Origin: Chlorobiota bacterium
Lineage (GTDB): Bacteria > Bacteroidota > Bacteroidia > Bacteroidales > B39-G9
Direction of reading: 5' to 3'
Assembly: GCA_013152655.1 (NCBI GenBank)
Contig: JAADFW010000279.1
Span: 1-61,422 of the forward strand
DNA length: 61,422 nucleotides
In this document: positions 17,737 through 28,162 of the stretch, piece by piece
Numbering within the stretch: position 1 is the stretch's first letter
Layout of the letters: each line of letters starts with the position of its first letter
Made by a program: the position numbers and the translations under genes
The notes under the pieces: generated by a model
Database searches by the model: none
Told to the model about the DNA's origin: nothing
Seen by the model: only the letters and a program-made list of their open reading frames with translations

Positions 17737-20700
17737 TTACTTAACTCCTTTATCTTTAAATAATTCAACATATTTTGAATCAATATTTTTTATATGGTCA
17801 ACAAACCATTCTTGCAAATAATTTAAAAACTCAGAATTAATATTTTTCGCTCCTGAACTGTAATCATTTTGAAAATCAGATATCTTTTTTATAAATTCTT
17901 TGTGAAGTTTTTGATGGGCAATAGTGTCTTTATAATTGAATGTTTCGAAATAGTTTTCTTCAGTTCCAAAATGATAAGCTGAATAGTCAAGAATACTTTT
18001 AAGAGTATCTTTTAATTGTTTCTTTGTTTTTTTAGCACCAAATTCTTTGTAAAATTTATTGACTAATTCAATTAATTTAAAGTGCTGGTCATCCAATTCA
18101 TTTAGGCCTGTTTTAAAAATTTCCTCCCATTTTATAAGTTCGTTTAATTCAATTTTTTGCTCAGTTTGTTCCGATTGATTAGACTTTTTTACAGCTTTAC
18201 TTTGTTGTTTTTTAGCAGGCCTGTTTTTATTATTTTCAAATACTACTTTTGTTTTTTTTACTTTGTTATGTTCTTCTTTATGAAAACCATTAATAAAAGC
18301 AGTATATCTAGGTTTCCCGGTAATAGCCGAAACAAAAACAGAACAACGAAGTTCAGTAATTTGCTTGTTTGCTAACTGAACCGATACTTTTTCTTCATTA
18401 ATAATTATTTTGTTGTCAAATTCTCCTTCTGATATAATATCTGTTAGTCTTTCTAAAAGCCCGGGGAGTAAAATTTTAATATCTTGTCCTATTACGTCGG
18501 CAGCGGTATAACCCCATTTATTTTGTGCTGCCGAGTTAAAAAATTCAATAACTCCATTTTCATCAAATATGATTATACTGTTTGGGCTTGCTTCTAAAAT
18601 TGCTCTGCTTTGTGCTTCTTTATTTGCAAATCGTTCTAATCTGGCTTCATTTTCTGCTTTTAAAGAATTAATCATTTTTATTTGTTCTTCTTCTTTTTGC
18701 TTCAATGCTAATTGAGCACTGGTTAGTTCATCCATTTTCACTTGCAATTTCTCTTCATTGGATAAAAGATCCGTTTTTTGTTTTTCCAGAATTTGTTCTT
18801 TTTCTTTTAATTCAGAAATATCAAAAGCTATTTTTAGTACTTTATATGGTTTCCCTTCTGTATCCATTAATGGTGAATAGGTTTCTGATAACCAAATCAT
18901 TTTCCCATGATAATCGATTTTATTTATTACTTTTTTGTTCATTCCTGCTTTCAGGTCATTCCAAAATTGTTCGTATTCTTCGGGTGTTTGTGAAGAAAAA
19001 TCTATCCCATCCTTATGATACATGCCAATTACCTGGTCTCTTGTCATTCCAATTAATTTAAGAAACGGTTCGTTTATATCGGTAATTTTTCCTTTCATGT
19101 CGTACTCAATAGTAAAAGTTGATGAGCTTAGTGCCTGAATTAATCCATGCATTTCAAATTCTCTTCTTGATGATTCTTCTTGAGTAGCTTGTAATTCTTC
19201 CAGGTTTTGTCGCATTTCTTCTTCTTGCGAGGCAAGTTCTTCTGCCTGCTTTTGTGATTGTTCGAGCAATCTGGCCGTTTTAGCATTTATTTTCACCGAC
19301 GAAATGGTTGAAGCAATGCTTTCGCCAATTTTTTCAATAAATTCAATTTTATAAGGCTCAAATTCTTTAAAAGAGGCAATCTCAATTACACCATAAACTA
19401 TATCGGCCAGTTTAACAGGTACAATTAATATTTCTTTAGGATTTGCTGTTCCCATTCCTGAAGTAATTTCGATATAATCGTCAGGAATTTTTTTAAGATA
19501 AATAGTTAGTTTTTCATGAGCACATCTGCCAACCAATTCTTCACCAATATGAATTTTTTTATTCATCAGTTTACTTCTTCCATAAGCAATAGCTGCTGTT
19601 AATTCATAATAGATATCTTCTTCGTCGGTATCGTCTAAAATGAACAATGCTCCCTGGTTGGCATTAACATAATTTATTAAATTGCTCATTAACTGAAAAG
19701 ATAGTTCTTCTATATTGTCATTGTTTTTTCTAAGAATTTCTCCAAATTTGGCAATTCCTTCTGTACTCCATTTTTGAATTTGGTCTTCTTTTTTTCGTTT
19801 TTCTTCTTCTTTTTCTGCATGAATAAGGCTTTCTCTCATTCTAATTAAAGAGTTGCCTAATGTATCTTTTTCACTTAACGGGATAAATTCAGCATCTAAA
19901 TTACCTTTACCAATTTCGTCAGCAAATTTTGAAGTTCCGATTAATCCATCAATAAGTGTATTTACCGATTCAGCCATTTCACCAATTTCGTCTTCATTTT
20001 TAACTTTCAGTTTTTCAATATCACTCACATTTCCTGTAGAAAGTATTTTTAAAATATTGGTGGTCTTTACAAGCGGAATACTTATGTTTCTTGAAATAAT
20101 AACAACAATTGTTGTTAAAATAACTAATCCGAGTATGCCAATTACTAACGCAATAATAAAATTTTTATTAGCAATTGAGGTAATCACACTAACCGGAACT
20201 TTTATTGCTAACGACCATGGTGTAGATACTTTGCCAACAACTATTGGTGCAAAAGCCATATAGTACTTTTCATCAGTTTTTGAATCATTCCAGATGAATG
20301 AAAATTGCTCTTTATGTTGTATTTTTTCTATTACATTAAATTTATCATTTATTGTTTCATATTGCTCATCAAAAGCTTTCCCAATCCATTTTGTTTCAGG
20401 ATGGCCTAAATATATTCCATTATAAGAAATTAAATAAGCTGTGCTACTGTCGAATGGTGTAATTCGGTTAACCATTTCCTGGAAATTATCTAAAGCTATG
20501 TCAACTCCAACAACACCAACATATGTTCCATTAGCAATGATTGGAACAATCAGGCTGGTCATGAGTATTTCATCTTTTTTGTTTCCTGTGTAAGAATAAA
20601 AATATGGTTCTTCAACAACTTCCACTTTCCCTTTTTTTATTCGTGCATAATCAGCATTGTCGCCATCAAGGCTTTTCATCGAATTTTTGTTACGTATAAC

Positions 20701-21109
20701 ACCGTTATCTCTCCAAAACTCTTCAACTGTACGGCCATATGGCAAATCCCATGTTGAATCCATTACACTTAATTCCCAACTATCCCATAATCCATAAAAT
20801 TGAGGGTTTCCTATGAAAACACCTTCGTACATATTTCTAATTATTTTTTTAAGAAGTGAATCAGGAATAGTTTTGTAGCCTTTAAACGATTCAGCATAAG
20901 TTCTCATTTTAGCCATATCTTCCGAAAGCTATTTTTCCGGCATATTCAACTGCGTATATATTAACTAGTTTAGTTGCATCGTTAAATGTTGTTTTTCTGG
21001 CTGACATACTAACATAACCAAGTGCAACGGCATAAATTATTAGTGTTGTTGTTAAAATAAAAACCAGCATCTTGCTGTTTATTTTCATTTTTAGCTTCAT
21101 CTTATACAA
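17737..21109 (-). pseudogene. Frameshifted paralogous Cache-HAMP-GAF-PAS-PAS-hemerythrin sensor gene
   Basis: The 66-aa ORF 20909-21109 aligns to the N-terminus and first TM helix of the 864-aa paralog. The 1059-aa ORF 17737-20916 continues the alignment in another frame, and the two ORFs overlap by 8 nt. The C-terminal 132 aa form a bacteriohemerythrin-like domain. Confidence 0.7.
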
Positions 21110-21445
21110 ATTTTATAACAAGAGTGATGAAATAATTTCGTTAAATAGAACATTATTTATATTAATGCTATTTACTAAAATCTTAGCAATTTATAAAAGA
21201 ATTTAACAGCTTTTCGTATTTTTCAGATTATTCTATAAAATGCATTATTGAAAATAAGTACAAGATGCAATATTAGGCCAGAGAATTTCCCGAGTTTCGG
21301 GCATTAAGTATTTCTGTAAATTTGAGTTGAAATTGTATAAGTTTTTTGACGAATTTTTTATTCTGTTTTTTAATTAATAGAAATAAATGCCAATCACTTT
21401 TTTTGTTTTTAATTACGCAGATTAATAATATGTAAACGATTATTA

Positions 21446-22414
21446 TTAATTCCAAACTTTTCCCACAATATGGCTTTCGGGTAGAAATCCCCAATTTCTA
21501 GAATCATAGCCATTATCACGGTTATCACTCAAAATAAAATAATAGTTTTGTTTAAAAGTGTAATAGGTTCTGGGTTGGCCATTTATCATTATTTCGTTGT
21601 TGCTTATTTCTAAGTTATTTGCTTCATATGTTTCAATTATTTTTCTGTAAAGTGGAAGGTTAATTTCGTCAAGATGAATTGTAGTTCCTTTTTTAGGAAT
21701 AATAACCGGGCCATAATAGTCTTTATTCCATACATAGAAATTATTTGCAGGAAAAATATCATATGACAATTTATATTCCAATTCCATAATTTCTCTAACA
21801 TACATACTTGCCGAATCAGCTAACATTAGTTTAGCCTTTTTTCGGGTTAGGTAAAAATCATAAATATTTAAATTCCCAATTTTATATTTGTCGGAAACAT
21901 GATATTTTGTAAAAAAACTATCTGAAAATTTCTTATTGTTTATGGTTACCCTGAATTTGAATTTACAAGTTTCAGGGATGCTTTGTTCAGTACTGTTAAT
22001 AATTACTTTTTTTTTACTAATCAATAAAGTGTCACCGGGTAAGGCAGCTATCCTTCCAAACAGTAATTTCTTTTTATCAATAGGCGGGTCATTTAGTACC
22101 GGATTGTTAAAAGCAATTAATTCATTGTACCGTATTTTTTTTAGTCCGGGTAATCTAAAATATGGCAATTCTATGAATCTTGAATAATGAGAATTAGAAA
22201 AAGGAACAGTTAATAAAGTAATTGGGAATCGCGAGCCATGCATAAATTTATTAACAGCAATATATTCGTCCACAAAAAGCTTATCTTCCATTGATGTGGA
22301 TTTATTTTTGTAAAAATCAATGAAAAAGGCTTTTATAAATAATACAGATGCTAAAACAACAATTACTGTTTTAAAGCAAAATTTAATAGTATTTTTTAAT
22401 TTTATACTTAACAT
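21446..22414 (-). CDS. Signal peptidase I (S26) paralog with a substituted general-base lysine
   Basis: 322 aa. N-terminal TM helix, Ser box STSMEDKL, box E SDNRDNGYDSRNWGFLPESHIVGKV. The KR-x-x-G-x-PGD box reads FGRIAALPGD. Confidence 0.8.
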   Translation of the reverse strand: MLSIKLKNTIKFCFKTVIVVLASVLFIKAFFIDFYKNKSTSMEDKLFVDEYIAVNKFMHGSRFPITLLTVPFSNSHYSRFIELPYFRLPGLKKIRYNELIAFNNPVLNDPPIDKKKLLFGRIAALPGDTLLISKKKVIINSTEQSIPETCKFKFRVTINNKKFSDSFFTKYHVSDKYKIGNLNIYDFYLTRKKAKLMLADSASMYVREIMELEYKLSYDIFPANNFYVWNKDYYGPVIIPKKGTTIHLDEINLPLYRKIIETYEANNLEISNNEIMINGQPRTYYTFKQNYYFILSDNRDNGYDSRNWGFLPESHIVGKVWN

Positions 22415-22581
22415 TTCAGATTTTCATAAATCAAAATTCATAAAAAACAGGATAAAATAAAGCACTAAAAAATAAATTGATTTATACGTCTGTCAGGTAT
22501 AGTTAAAGTTTATTCCAGGTAATTCAAAAACTATTAACCTCAATTTAAAATTGAATTTATTATTTTAGAATGGACATATAG

Positions 22582-23994
22582 CTAATTTACAAACTTAAAA
22601 AGCCTGTTCCATCTGATTTTATTTAAGAAATGTTTGTCTTTATTTAACGATAGCCAAATAAATACAGCTTTACCAACAATATGGTCTTCAGGTACAAAAC
22701 CCCAATATCTTGAATCGGCAGAATTATCACGGTTATCGCCCATCATAAAGTAATATCCCATCTTAAAAGTATATGTATTTGCAATTTCACCATTAATATA
22801 AATATTACTATCTTTTACTTGTAGCTCATTATTTTCATATAGATGAATAATTCGTTCGTACAATGGTAAATTATCTAATGTTAAATTAACTGTTTGTCCT
22901 TTTTTAGGCATTACAAGTGGGCCAAAATAATCCTGATTCCATGTATATTTAGTACTATGTGGAAAAATACGAAAATTAGGCTTATTGTTAGGTTCAACAA
23001 GCTTAGTAACAGATTTTACATTGTTTAGTTTACGGATTGCTTCTACATTATAATCAGTTAGCGGAAACAAATATTGTCCTTGTCCAACAATATTTCTGTC
23101 TGCAACTGCAATATCCAATTTTTCCAGGGTTCTCGGATTTATTCTTGATCCATTTGTTGTTACAACATAATTATATTGATTATGCTCGGTTTCTTCCTGT
23201 GGCTTGCCGTTAATATAAAGAAAGCTGTTTTTAACTTGTAAAGTATCTCCGGGAATTGCAACACAACGTTTTATATAGTTTTCTCTTTTGTCAACAGGCC
23301 TAACTGTTATTTCGTAATTATTTAACACATATTTTCGAGCTTTATTATAATAATTATTATAAGAATCAATCGGTTTTCCGCTACTTTTATCCATATTTAT
23401 AAATTCATGTGCATATTCACTTATAACCGCATAATAGCTTCGCTCTGATTGAAATTTTATAATTACTGTGTCTCCTTCAGGGTAATTAAATACAACTGCA
23501 TCGTTTCTTTCTACATTTCCAAAGCCTTTTAGTCGTTTATAAGGCCATTCAATCCAGGTTAAATACGATTTCATATTTTTTGTAAGAGGCATAGTATGAT
23601 GCACAAAAGGAAAAGAAAGTGGTGTGTTTGGAATTCTGGGGCCATAACTAACTTTACTTACAAACAAGTAATCGCCTACTAATAATGTTTTTTCCATAGA
23701 AGAAGTTGGTATGGTGAAAGCTTCAATAAAAAACATACGTATAAATGTTGCAGCAATTACGGCAAATACCAATGCATCAACCCATTCAATAAATGCACTT
23801 CTTTTTTTACCCTGCATATCTCTTTTTTTCCAGAAAGTCCAATTTACTTTTTCTGTCAGGTAAATATCAATAATAACAGCTAATCCTATTAATAACCAGT
23901 AATTTCCAACCCAGATAACCCATAGCAAATAGGCTAATGCTGCTAATGAAAATTTAAAATACCTGTTTTTGAAAAATGCGCTAATTTTATTCAT
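22582..23994 (-). CDS. lepB: Signal peptidase I
   Basis: 470 aa. IPTSSMEKTL (Ser box), YIKRCVAIPGDTL (Lys box) and GDNRDNSADSRYWGFVPEDHIVGKA. Confidence 0.92.
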   Translation of the reverse strand: MNKISAFFKNRYFKFSLAALAYLLWVIWVGNYWLLIGLAVIIDIYLTEKVNWTFWKKRDMQGKKRSAFIEWVDALVFAVIAATFIRMFFIEAFTIPTSSMEKTLLVGDYLFVSKVSYGPRIPNTPLSFPFVHHTMPLTKNMKSYLTWIEWPYKRLKGFGNVERNDAVVFNYPEGDTVIIKFQSERSYYAVISEYAHEFINMDKSSGKPIDSYNNYYNKARKYVLNNYEITVRPVDKRENYIKRCVAIPGDTLQVKNSFLYINGKPQEETEHNQYNYVVTTNGSRINPRTLEKLDIAVADRNIVGQGQYLFPLTDYNVEAIRKLNNVKSVTKLVEPNNKPNFRIFPHSTKYTWNQDYFGPLVMPKKGQTVNLTLDNLPLYERIIHLYENNELQVKDSNIYINGEIANTYTFKMGYYFMMGDNRDNSADSRYWGFVPEDHIVGKAVFIWLSLNKDKHFLNKIRWNRLFKFVN

Positions 23995-24021
23995 AATGTT
24001 AAAGTTTCTTATTTAAGTTTA

Positions 24022-24738
24022 TTAGAATTTTAATAAGTCCTGCATGTTAAAAATTCCTTTTTTATCTTTACAATATTCTGCTGCTACAACTGCACCTAAA
24101 CCAAATCCCTGACGGTTTTTTGCAACATGGCTAATTTCAAGCTTATCAACGTTTGAAATGTATTTTATAGTATGCGTTCCAGGTATTTTATCTTCACGTT
24201 TTGAGATAATATTTATTTCAGAATTGCCGGCAGTCTTATTATTGACCCACCTTGTCTTCCTTTCAATTTTTTCCAGTATGTCATTAGCAAGTGTAATGGC
24301 AGTTCCACTAGGCGAATCTAATTTTTGCAAATGATGTATTTCTGTTAATTCAACATCATAATTATTATACTTATCCATAATTGAAGCCATTATTTTATTC
24401 ATTTCAAACAAAATATTTACTCCAATGCTATAATTAGAAGCATAAAAAAAAGTACCTCTTTTACGCTCACATTCTTTTTTAACTAAATCCCATTTATCTA
24501 ACCATCCTGTTGTTCCGCAAACAACCGGGGTATTATATTCAAAACATTTTAATATATTAGAAACTGCTGATTCGGGCCTTGTAAATTCAAAAGCAACATC
24601 TGTATTTTTAAGTTTTTCAAATGCTTTTTCATTTGTATTATTGATGTCAATTTTTAAAACAACTTTATGTTTTCTATATAAAGCAATTTCCTCAATTACT
24701 TTACCCATTTTCCCATATCCTATTAAAGCAATTTTCAT
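24022..24738 (-). CDS. dapB: 4-hydroxy-tetrahydrodipicolinate reductase
   Basis: 238 aa. MKIALIGYGKMG Rossmann start, VCGTTGW, and EIHHLQKLDSPSGTA (E-x-HH-x-K-x-DAPSGTA-type motif). Confidence 0.92.
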   Translation of the reverse strand: MKIALIGYGKMGKVIEEIALYRKHKVVLKIDINNTNEKAFEKLKNTDVAFEFTRPESAVSNILKCFEYNTPVVCGTTGWLDKWDLVKKECERKRGTFFYASNYSIGVNILFEMNKIMASIMDKYNNYDVELTEIHHLQKLDSPSGTAITLANDILEKIERKTRWVNNKTAGNSEINIISKREDKIPGTHTIKYISNVDKLEISHVAKNRQGFGLGAVVAAEYCKDKKGIFNMQDLLKF

Positions 24739-24764
24739 ATTTTATATTAAACTCTATAAAATGC

Positions 24765-24794
24765 AAAAAGGGAAGCAAAGTTGCTTCCCTTTTT
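24765..24794 (-). terminator. Intrinsic terminator after rplT (symmetrical A/T flanks)
   Basis: 8-bp stem gggaagca (24770-24777) / tgcttccc (24782-24789) with a 4-nt loop, an A5 run on one side and a T5 run on the other. Lies 20 nt past the rplT stop. Confidence 0.8.
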
Positions 24795-24809
24795 GTATAA
24801 GTAGTTTTT

Positions 24810-25154
24810 TTATTTTACAGCTTTTACGATGGCTGCAAAAGCTTTGGGGTCATTCATTGCTAAATCGGCTAAAACTTTTCTGTTTAAGTCAATTTTTTTT
24901 GCATGAATTTTACCCATAAATTCTGAATAAGACATTCCGTGCTCGCGTACTGCTGCATTAATTCTTTGAATCCATAAGCCACGGAAATTACGTTTTTTAG
25001 TTTTACGGTCACGATAAGCATATTGTAAGCCTTTTTCATAGGCATTTTTTGCTACCGTCCACACATTTTTTCTTCTACCAAATTGTCCTTTGGTTTGTTT
25101 TAATATTTTTTTTCTTCTTTGTCTTGATGCTACAGCATTTACTGATCTTGGCAT
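24810..25154 (-). CDS. rplT: 50S ribosomal protein L20
   Basis: 114 aa. [19 protein letters not shown]...AYRDRK signature. Confidence 0.97.
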   Translation of the reverse strand: MPRSVNAVASRQRRKKILKQTKGQFGRRKNVWTVAKNAYEKGLQYAYRDRKTKKRNFRGLWIQRINAAVREHGMSYSEFMGKIHAKKIDLNRKVLADLAMNDPKAFAAIVKAVK

Positions 25155-25259
25155 AATTTTCTTTTTTTTGAGTGGTTAGCGCCTTATTTTATAAGAATAA
25201 GATCTTTCAGCTAATTCGCTCTGGTTATTTACTATTTTACTTTAAAGAAATACTCTTTT

Positions 25260-25457
25260 TTACTTCATGGCTAAACAAAGTTTGATGTTTTTTTCATCAG
25301 TTTTGTCAACATTAGTAAAATAAGTTAAATTTCTTTTTCTCTTTTTTGCTTTTTTAGTCAAAATATGACTTTTATAAGCATGTTTTCTTTTGATTTTTCC
25401 CGATCCGGTAATACTAAATCTTTTCTTAGCTCCGGATTTTGTCTTCATTTTTGGCAT
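25260..25457 (-). CDS. rpmI: 50S ribosomal protein L35
   Basis: 65 aa. [14 protein letters not shown] signature. Confidence 0.97.
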   Translation of the reverse strand: MPKMKTKSGAKKRFSITGSGKIKRKHAYKSHILTKKAKKRKRNLTYFTNVDKTDEKNIKLCLAMK

Positions 25458-25482
25458 TCTACTCTATTTTAAATTATCTATT

Positions 25483-26055
25483 TTATTTTTTCTTTGCACC
25501 TTTTGGCGAAAGAAACATTATCATTCTTTTCCCTTCTAATTTAGGCAACTGATCAACTTTGCCAACATCCTCTAAATCTTGTGCTAAACGCAAAAGTAAT
25601 ATTTCACCTTGTTCTTTATAAACTATTGAACGGCCTTTAAAAAAAACATAGGCTTTTAATTTGGCACCATCTTCAAGAAATTTTCTTGCATGACGTAGTT
25701 TAAAATTAAAATCATGGTCGTCAGTATTTGGGCCAAAGCGGATTTCCTTAACCACAATTTTAGTTGATTTTGATTTTAATTCCTTTTCTTTCTTTTTTTG
25801 AATGTATATAAACTTCTTATAATCAATAATTTTACAGACAGGCGGGTCAGCTTTTGGTGAAATTTCAACTAAGTCAAGTTCTTGTTCATCAGCCATTTTT
25901 AGTGCATCACGTAAAGAGAAAATGCCGGGGTTATCAATATTGTCTCCAACAACCCTAACCGTTGAAGCATTTATAAACTCATTAATACGATGCTTTGGTG
26001 GTACGTTTTGCCGCCTGTAATAATTTTTCCGTCTATAATAATTTTGTATTGCTAT
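25483..26055 (-). CDS. infC: Translation initiation factor IF-3, probable non-AUG (AUA) start
   Basis: The ORF track starts at ATG 25896. The frame stays open upstream to a TAA at 26059-26061 and encodes the conserved IF-3 N-domain ([17 protein letters not shown]...[10 protein letters not shown]). That stretch has no ATG/GTG/TTG. An ATA at 26055-26053 sits 8 nt after AGGAGG (26069-26064). Confidence 0.8.
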   Translation of the reverse strand: MAIQNYYRRKNYYRRQNVPPKHRINEFINASTVRVVGDNIDNPGIFSLRDALKMADEQELDLVEISPKADPPVCKIIDYKKFIYIQKKKEKELKSKSTKIVVKEIRFGPNTDDHDFNFKLRHARKFLEDGAKLKAYVFFKGRSIVYKEQGEILLLRLAQDLEDVGKVDQLPKLEGKRMIMFLSPKGAKKK

Positions 26056-26086
26056 GACTTAATCCTCCTAATTAATTATAAAACTT

Positions 26087-28039
26087 TTATTTAGTGTCAA
26101 TTGACTTCAATAGATTTTCAACTTTTTCGTTAAAATAGTTTTTAAATTTTTCGATACTCATTTTCCCTTTATCCCCATCTCCTTGTTTTCGTACAGATAC
26201 TTCTTCATTTTGTATTTCATTATCACCAACAATCAGAAGATAAGGTATTCGCTTTAACTCATTGTCTCTTATCTTTTTACCAATCTTCTCATTTCTTTCG
26301 TCAATTAGAGTGCGAATATCGGAATTATTTAGAATTTTTGAAACTTTTTTCGCATATTCATTATGTTTTTCGCTTATGGGAAGAATTACAACCTGGTCGG
26401 GTGCTAACCATAATGGAAATTTACCGGCAGTATGTTCAATTAAAACAGCTATAAACCGTTCCATAGAACCAAAAGGAGCACGATGAATCATTACAGGCCT
26501 GTGTTTTTGGTTATCGCTGCCTGTATAAGTTAACTCAAACCTTTCAGGCAAATTGTAGTCAACCTGAATGGTTCCCAGTTGCCATTTTCTACCAATCGCA
26601 TCACGCACCATAAAATCGAGTTTTGGCCCGTAAAAAGCAGCTTCTCCATATTCTATTATAGTTTCCAATCCTTTTTCGTTTGTAGCTTCTATAATAGCAC
26701 TTTCTGCTTTTTCCCAATTTTCGTCGCTACCTATATATTTTTCTTTGTCGTTTTTGTCACGTAGTGAAATTTGCGTAACAAAATTATCAAAATCAAGAGC
26801 CTTAAAAATATAAAGTATAATGTCAATTACTTTTATAAATTCTTCTTTCAACTGATCGGGGCGGCAAAAAATATGTGCATCATCCTGGGTAAAGCCTCTT
26901 ACCCTGGTTAAACCATGTAATTCGCCACTTTGTTCATAACGATAAACGGTTCCAAATTCAGCATATCTGATTGGAAGGTCTTTATATGAATGTTGCTGAC
27001 TATTGTATATTTCACAATGATGCGGGCAATTCATTGGTTTTAATAGAAATTCTTCACCTTCATTAGGCGTTTTAATAGGTTGAAATGAGTCTTTCCCATA
27101 TTTCTCATAATGTCCTGAGGTTACATATAGGTCTTTATGTCCGATATGAGGTGTGGAAACAGGCAGATATCCGTATCTTACTTGTACTTTTTTAAGAAAA
27201 TCAATTAAGCGGTCGCGCAACATAGCTCCTTTGGGCAACCATAAAGGCAATCCACTACCCACTTTTTGTGAAAAAGTAAATAGCTGTAATTCTTTTCCAA
27301 TTTTCCGATGATCTCTTTTCTTAGCTTCTTCAAGCATTTCAAGATATTCATCCAGCATTTTTTTCTTTGGAAAAGTAATGCCGTATATTCTGGTTAATTG
27401 TTTCCTTTGTTCATCGCCTCTCCAATAAGCACCGGCAATGCTTAGAAGCTTTATTGCTTTTATAGGGCTTGTATCTGGTAAGTGCGGGCCACGGCACAAA
27501 TCGGTAAAATTTCCCTGACTATAAAAAGTTATTTCACCATCAGTTAAGTCATTTATCAATTCAAGCTTATATTCATCACCTTTCCCATCGAAATAATTTA
27601 ACGCCTCTTTTTTACTTATATTTTTACGGTTATAAGTATTTTTTTGAGCTACTAATTCTCTCATTCTTTGTTCGATTTTGGGCAAATCAGCATCAGTTAA
27701 AATTTTTTCGTTACCCAAATCAACATCATAATAAAAACCGTTTTCAATAGCAGGGCCAATTCCAAATTTTATTCCCGGATATAACGATTCTAAAGCTTCG
27801 GCCATTAAATGAGCAGAAGAATGCCAAAAAGCGTGCTTTCCTTCTTCATCTTCCCATTTGTGCAAAACTATTTCTGCATCTTCTTTTATAGGGCGGCTAA
27901 TATCCCATAAATTGCCATTTACAGTTATAGAAAGTACTTCCTTAGCTAATCTCGGGCTAATACTTTTTGCTATTTCATATCCGGTAATTCCTTGATTGAA
28001 CTCTTTGGTGTTTTTATCCGGAAATGTTATCTTAATCAT
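26087..28039 (-). CDS. thrS: Threonine--tRNA ligase
   Basis: 650 aa. TGS, editing-domain HxxxH ([10 protein letters not shown]), class II core and anticodon-binding domain. Heads the classical thrS-infC-rpmI-rplT array. Confidence 0.96.
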   Translation of the reverse strand: MIKITFPDKNTKEFNQGITGYEIAKSISPRLAKEVLSITVNGNLWDISRPIKEDAEIVLHKWEDEEGKHAFWHSSAHLMAEALESLYPGIKFGIGPAIENGFYYDVDLGNEKILTDADLPKIEQRMRELVAQKNTYNRKNISKKEALNYFDGKGDEYKLELINDLTDGEITFYSQGNFTDLCRGPHLPDTSPIKAIKLLSIAGAYWRGDEQRKQLTRIYGITFPKKKMLDEYLEMLEEAKKRDHRKIGKELQLFTFSQKVGSGLPLWLPKGAMLRDRLIDFLKKVQVRYGYLPVSTPHIGHKDLYVTSGHYEKYGKDSFQPIKTPNEGEEFLLKPMNCPHHCEIYNSQQHSYKDLPIRYAEFGTVYRYEQSGELHGLTRVRGFTQDDAHIFCRPDQLKEEFIKVIDIILYIFKALDFDNFVTQISLRDKNDKEKYIGSDENWEKAESAIIEATNEKGLETIIEYGEAAFYGPKLDFMVRDAIGRKWQLGTIQVDYNLPERFELTYTGSDNQKHRPVMIHRAPFGSMERFIAVLIEHTAGKFPLWLAPDQVVILPISEKHNEYAKKVSKILNNSDIRTLIDERNEKIGKKIRDNELKRIPYLLIVGDNEIQNEEVSVRKQGDGDKGKMSIEKFKNYFNEKVENLLKSIDTK

Positions 28040-28162
28040 AAAGCTGTCAAATCGTTAAAAATGCCTGCAAAGATAATAATATATTCTAAATGAGTAAAGT
28101 AAAATATATGCTTTAAAAAATAATTATTAATATTGTTTTCTTAATCTAAAAAAATAAATATT

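Noticed and set aside
20909-21109. 66-aa ORF as an independent small membrane protein gene
   Set aside because: It aligns to the N-terminus and TM1 of the neighbouring sensor paralog and overlaps the 1059-aa ORF by 8 nt. It is the displaced 5' part of that gene.
15106-21109. The two sensor genes as a recent duplication or recombinogenic DNA repeat
   Set aside because: Nucleotide comparison by eye shows only short identical runs and many synonymous differences, so these are old paralogs and not a DNA repeat.
21273-21494. 73-aa ORF overlapping the 3' end of the LepB paralog and the sensor-operon upstream spacer
   Set aside because: It has no motifs and overlaps a real gene end. The region is better explained as promoter/terminator spacer. 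A short cccga/tcggg hairpin lies there.
25155-25259. 105-nt rpmI-rplT spacer as a possible L20 autoregulatory leader
   Set aside because: Only weak AT-rich hairpins are visible and there is no convincing mimic of the L20 rRNA binding site. There is not enough evidence to call it.
25483-25896. ATG at 25896 as the infC start, as in the ORF track (137 aa)
   Set aside because: It would delete the conserved IF-3 N-terminal domain, which is clearly encoded in frame upstream. A non-AUG start is well known for infC.
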